Source: the human T2T-CHM13v2.0 reference genome, Homo sapiens. Taken from it: DNA of 64,000 nucleotides. Shown here piece after piece: positions 60,466-64,000 of this stretch. The translations under genes and the position numbers were made by a program. The first letter of the stretch is position 1. Each line of letters opens with the position of its first letter. Under the pieces are notes generated by a model. The model was not told the DNA's origin, ran no database searches, and saw only the letters and a list, made by a program, of their open reading frames with translations. The stretch lies in the NCBI RefSeq assembly GCF_009914755.1, contig NC_060928.1. The stretch is one strand, 5' to 3'.

Positions 60466-61604
60466 TTATTAGTCATTAATGAAAAAGGAAAATGTGATAA
60501 GAAACATGAGGAACTATCAGAATTAAAATATTATTAAAAATAGGATGGAAAAGTATTGTAGAATATTAACAGTGGAATGATATACTCTATTATGTGTCTT
60601 AAAAATATTCTCCCTTGCCCTGTTATAGAAAACAATAATAGAGGTAGGAGAGTAAGTAAAGTGATTATTGCATTAATTCAGTTTAATAATGAAGGTGGAT
60701 TAGACAAAAGTGCAATGGTGCGAAGGGACTAAAATGGCCAGATTCTGGATATATTGTGGGGTAGAGTGATCAAAACATTCTGATGAATTGATTTGGTACT
60801 ATGTAGAAAGGAGGGAAAAAAAGTATATTAGTTTTAGATTTGAATGGTTATGTAACTGATATTGCCAATTACTGGGATAGAAAATATTGGCCAGGAACCG
60901 ATTATAGAGTGATAGATATCAAGAAACATTTTATGAATTTGTTAAGATTTATATACATAGTAGACATTTTGTCCTGCACATTACACAATACTCATTTACA
61001 TGATCTTCAATGTAGACATTTTACTATAGACATTTAAATGGATGTGTTAAGATGGATAAACAAATGTGAAATTCCAAACTGAAGATAGACTTAAAAATCT
61101 GCTGCTTAATGAATGTGTTTAAAGGCATGTAACTCTATGGTATAAACAGACAAAAGGAGTAACAAGGAAAGAGAAAAAGAGTCTCGGGAGTAATTACTGT
61201 AGCACTTCAACATTTAGTGGATGAGCCATGGATGGATGATAGCACCGAAACTAAGATAGAAAGGTCACCAAGGTAGGAGGAAATCTGGAATGCAAAGGAA
61301 GAAATAGTTTAAAATAGGTGATAATGTCAGCTGTTTCTAATGTGGCTGAGAAGGTCAAGTGAGATCAGGATTTGAAAGCGTGGAGGCCAATGGAAAGTTC
61401 GCAGAGAAAAAAATTCGTGCCGTGGAAGGGAAAGACATCCAACTTCAGTGTGTTGGGGAGAGAATGGAAAGTGAGCAACAGGGTTAGACACTAGAGACAA
61501 CTCTTAGGAGCTTTGCTGTGAAAGAAAGTAAACATTAAGTTTTTGTTGGAGAAAGTTGTGGCGTCAAGAAATATTTATGATTTTTGTTTTGTTTCTTCTC
61601 CACA

Positions 61605-61752
61605 CATCCCCAGCTTCATTGAGGCATAATTGCAAATAAAAAATAGTATATATTTAAGGTGTACATCATGATTTTTGATACTCCTACAAGTTGTGAAATG
61701 ATTATGTCAATCAAGCTAATTAACATATCCATTACCTCACATAGTTACTATC

Positions 61753-61783
<31 letters not shown>

Positions 61784-62525
61784 CATGCATGTGTGGTAAG
61801 ATCATTGAACATCTACTTTCTTGGCAAATTTCAAATATACAATGCAGGATTATTAACTATAGTCACCATCCTGTACTTTAGATCTGCAAAATGTATTCCT
61901 CCTGCATAATTGAACTTTATACACTTTGAGCAACATCTCTCTATTTCACTCCCACCCACTCTCTGGGAACTATTTTACTAACTGCTTCTTTGAGTTCAAC
62001 ATTTTTTGATTCTACATATAGGTGAGACCATGCAGTATTTGTTTTACTGTGTATGTTCTATTTCATTTAGCATAATGTCCTTCAGGTTCATCCATGTTGT
62101 TTCAAATGATAGGATTTTTTAATATCTTGTGGCTTAACGGTATTTCATGTGTGTGTATACGTCTCACATTTTCTTTAGTCATTTGATATGGTTTGATTGT
62201 CTATGTCTGCCCAAAATTCATATATTCACATGTTGAAATATTAATCCCAAGGTGATGGCAGTGGGGTTATATTGAATTACAGTGGTGAGAGTGGGCATTC
62301 TTGTCTTGTTCCTCATCTTAGAGGAAAATGTTTCAGGATTTCACCATTGAGTATGATGTTAGATGTGGACCTGTCATATATGGCTTTTTTATGCTGAAGT
62401 AAATTCCTCCTATAGTTAGTTCGTGAAGAGTATTCATCATGAAAGAATGTTGAACTTTGTCTAAGGATTTCTCTGTATCTATTGGGATGACTATATAATT
62501 TGTATCCTTCAGTATGTAAATGTGG
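61605..62525 (-). mobile_element. L1MA9/10-like 3' end and a separate ORF2 piece (62270-62525)
   Basis: 'tatatttaaggtgtacatcatg...tcaagctaattaacatatccattacctcacatagttac'; 'gtggtgagagtgggcattcttgtcttgttcc'. Confidence 0.85.
62185..62268 (+). mobile_element. MaLR LTR 5' fragment (MST/MLT1A-type)
   Basis: 'tgatatggtttgattgt...cccaaaattcat...atgttgaaatattaatcccaaggtgatgg'. Confidence 0.7.
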
Positions 62526-63216
<691 letters not shown>

Positions 63217-64000
63217 TTCTGCCGTTGCCTCACAAAACTCATCTCCTTCTCCCATACAAAATATATTAACTGTATCCCAATAGCTCCAAAAGTTTTAACT
63301 TGTTCCGACATTATGTTTAAAGTCTCCTTAAATATCATCTAAATCAGACATGAGTGAGACTCGAGGTACAATTCATCCTGAGGCAAATTGCTCTCCAGTT
63401 GTGAATCTGTGAAGTCAAACAAGTTATGTTCTTCCAAAATACAATGTTAGGACAGGCCCAGAATGGGCCTTTCAATTCCAAAAGAAAGAACTAGGAAAAA
63501 ATAAACAAGTAATAAGTCCCAAATAAGTCTTTAACCCAACAGGGGAAAAAATATTTAGTCTTAAGCCTTGAGAATAATCATGTTTGACTCAATATTCCAC
63601 CTTCTGGGCAACTTTGAGACAGTGGTTGGTTCCCCAACGCTCTGGGCAACCCTGCCACTGTGGCTTTGATGGGGACAGTCCCCACTGCGGCTCTCACTGG
63701 TTGGAGTAGCACACCTGTAACTCTCCAAAGCTGGAGCCATATGCATGTGGCTCTACGGGTCTAGCGACTTGAATGCGGCCCTGTCCCCTTAATTTTTCTA
63801 GGCATTGTTCTGTGGAAGACTCTTTGCAGTGGCTCTCTATCATAGTAACATTCAGCACAAGTCATTGCTATGAGGCTTAGGGCAGCACCATCTTTCAAAA
63901 TCTAAGTGGAGGAAGGCACACCTCCAAAGCTTGAGTATTCTGCATTGCCGCCAAGGTTTATCACATGTGCCATGTGAAGAGGAAGGCAACATGGCCCACA
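63217..64000 (-). mobile_element. MaLR internal (MLT1A-int/MST-int type), runs off the window
   Basis: Directly abuts the LTR; 'tcccaatagctccaaaagttttaact', 'caattcatcctgaggcaaattgctctccag', 'aacaagttatgttcttccaaaatacaatg'. Confidence 0.8.

Overview
This is AT-rich, CpG-depleted primate (very likely human) genomic DNA, mostly made of transposable-element debris: about 12 Alus, L1 pieces of several ages, L2/MIR, MaLR and ERV LTRs, and DNA-transposon fossils. I found no intact protein-coding gene, RNA gene or CRISPR array. Every ORF in the track whose origin I can recognise comes from Alu, L1, LTR or ERV sequence, and the rest look like chance ORFs. The best-supported highlights are: (1) a ~126-bp 5'-truncated RPS25 retrocopy with poly(A) and a perfect 15-bp TSD hidden inside an old L1 (53061-53186); (2) a five-level nested TE stack (~22.6-35.5 kb) in which a THE1 LTR occupies the place of the missing 5' LTR of an ERV1 provirus; (3) two old L1MA copies with twin-priming-type 5' inversions; (4) a fold-back duplication in an AluJ that creates a ~93-nt pre-miRNA-sized hairpin; and (5) a MER9 (HERV-K HML-3) solo LTR inserted in an Alu. 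I see no convincing evidence of a new biological system. Repeat subfamily names come from my memory of consensus sequences, and boundaries are approximate unless a TSD is quoted.
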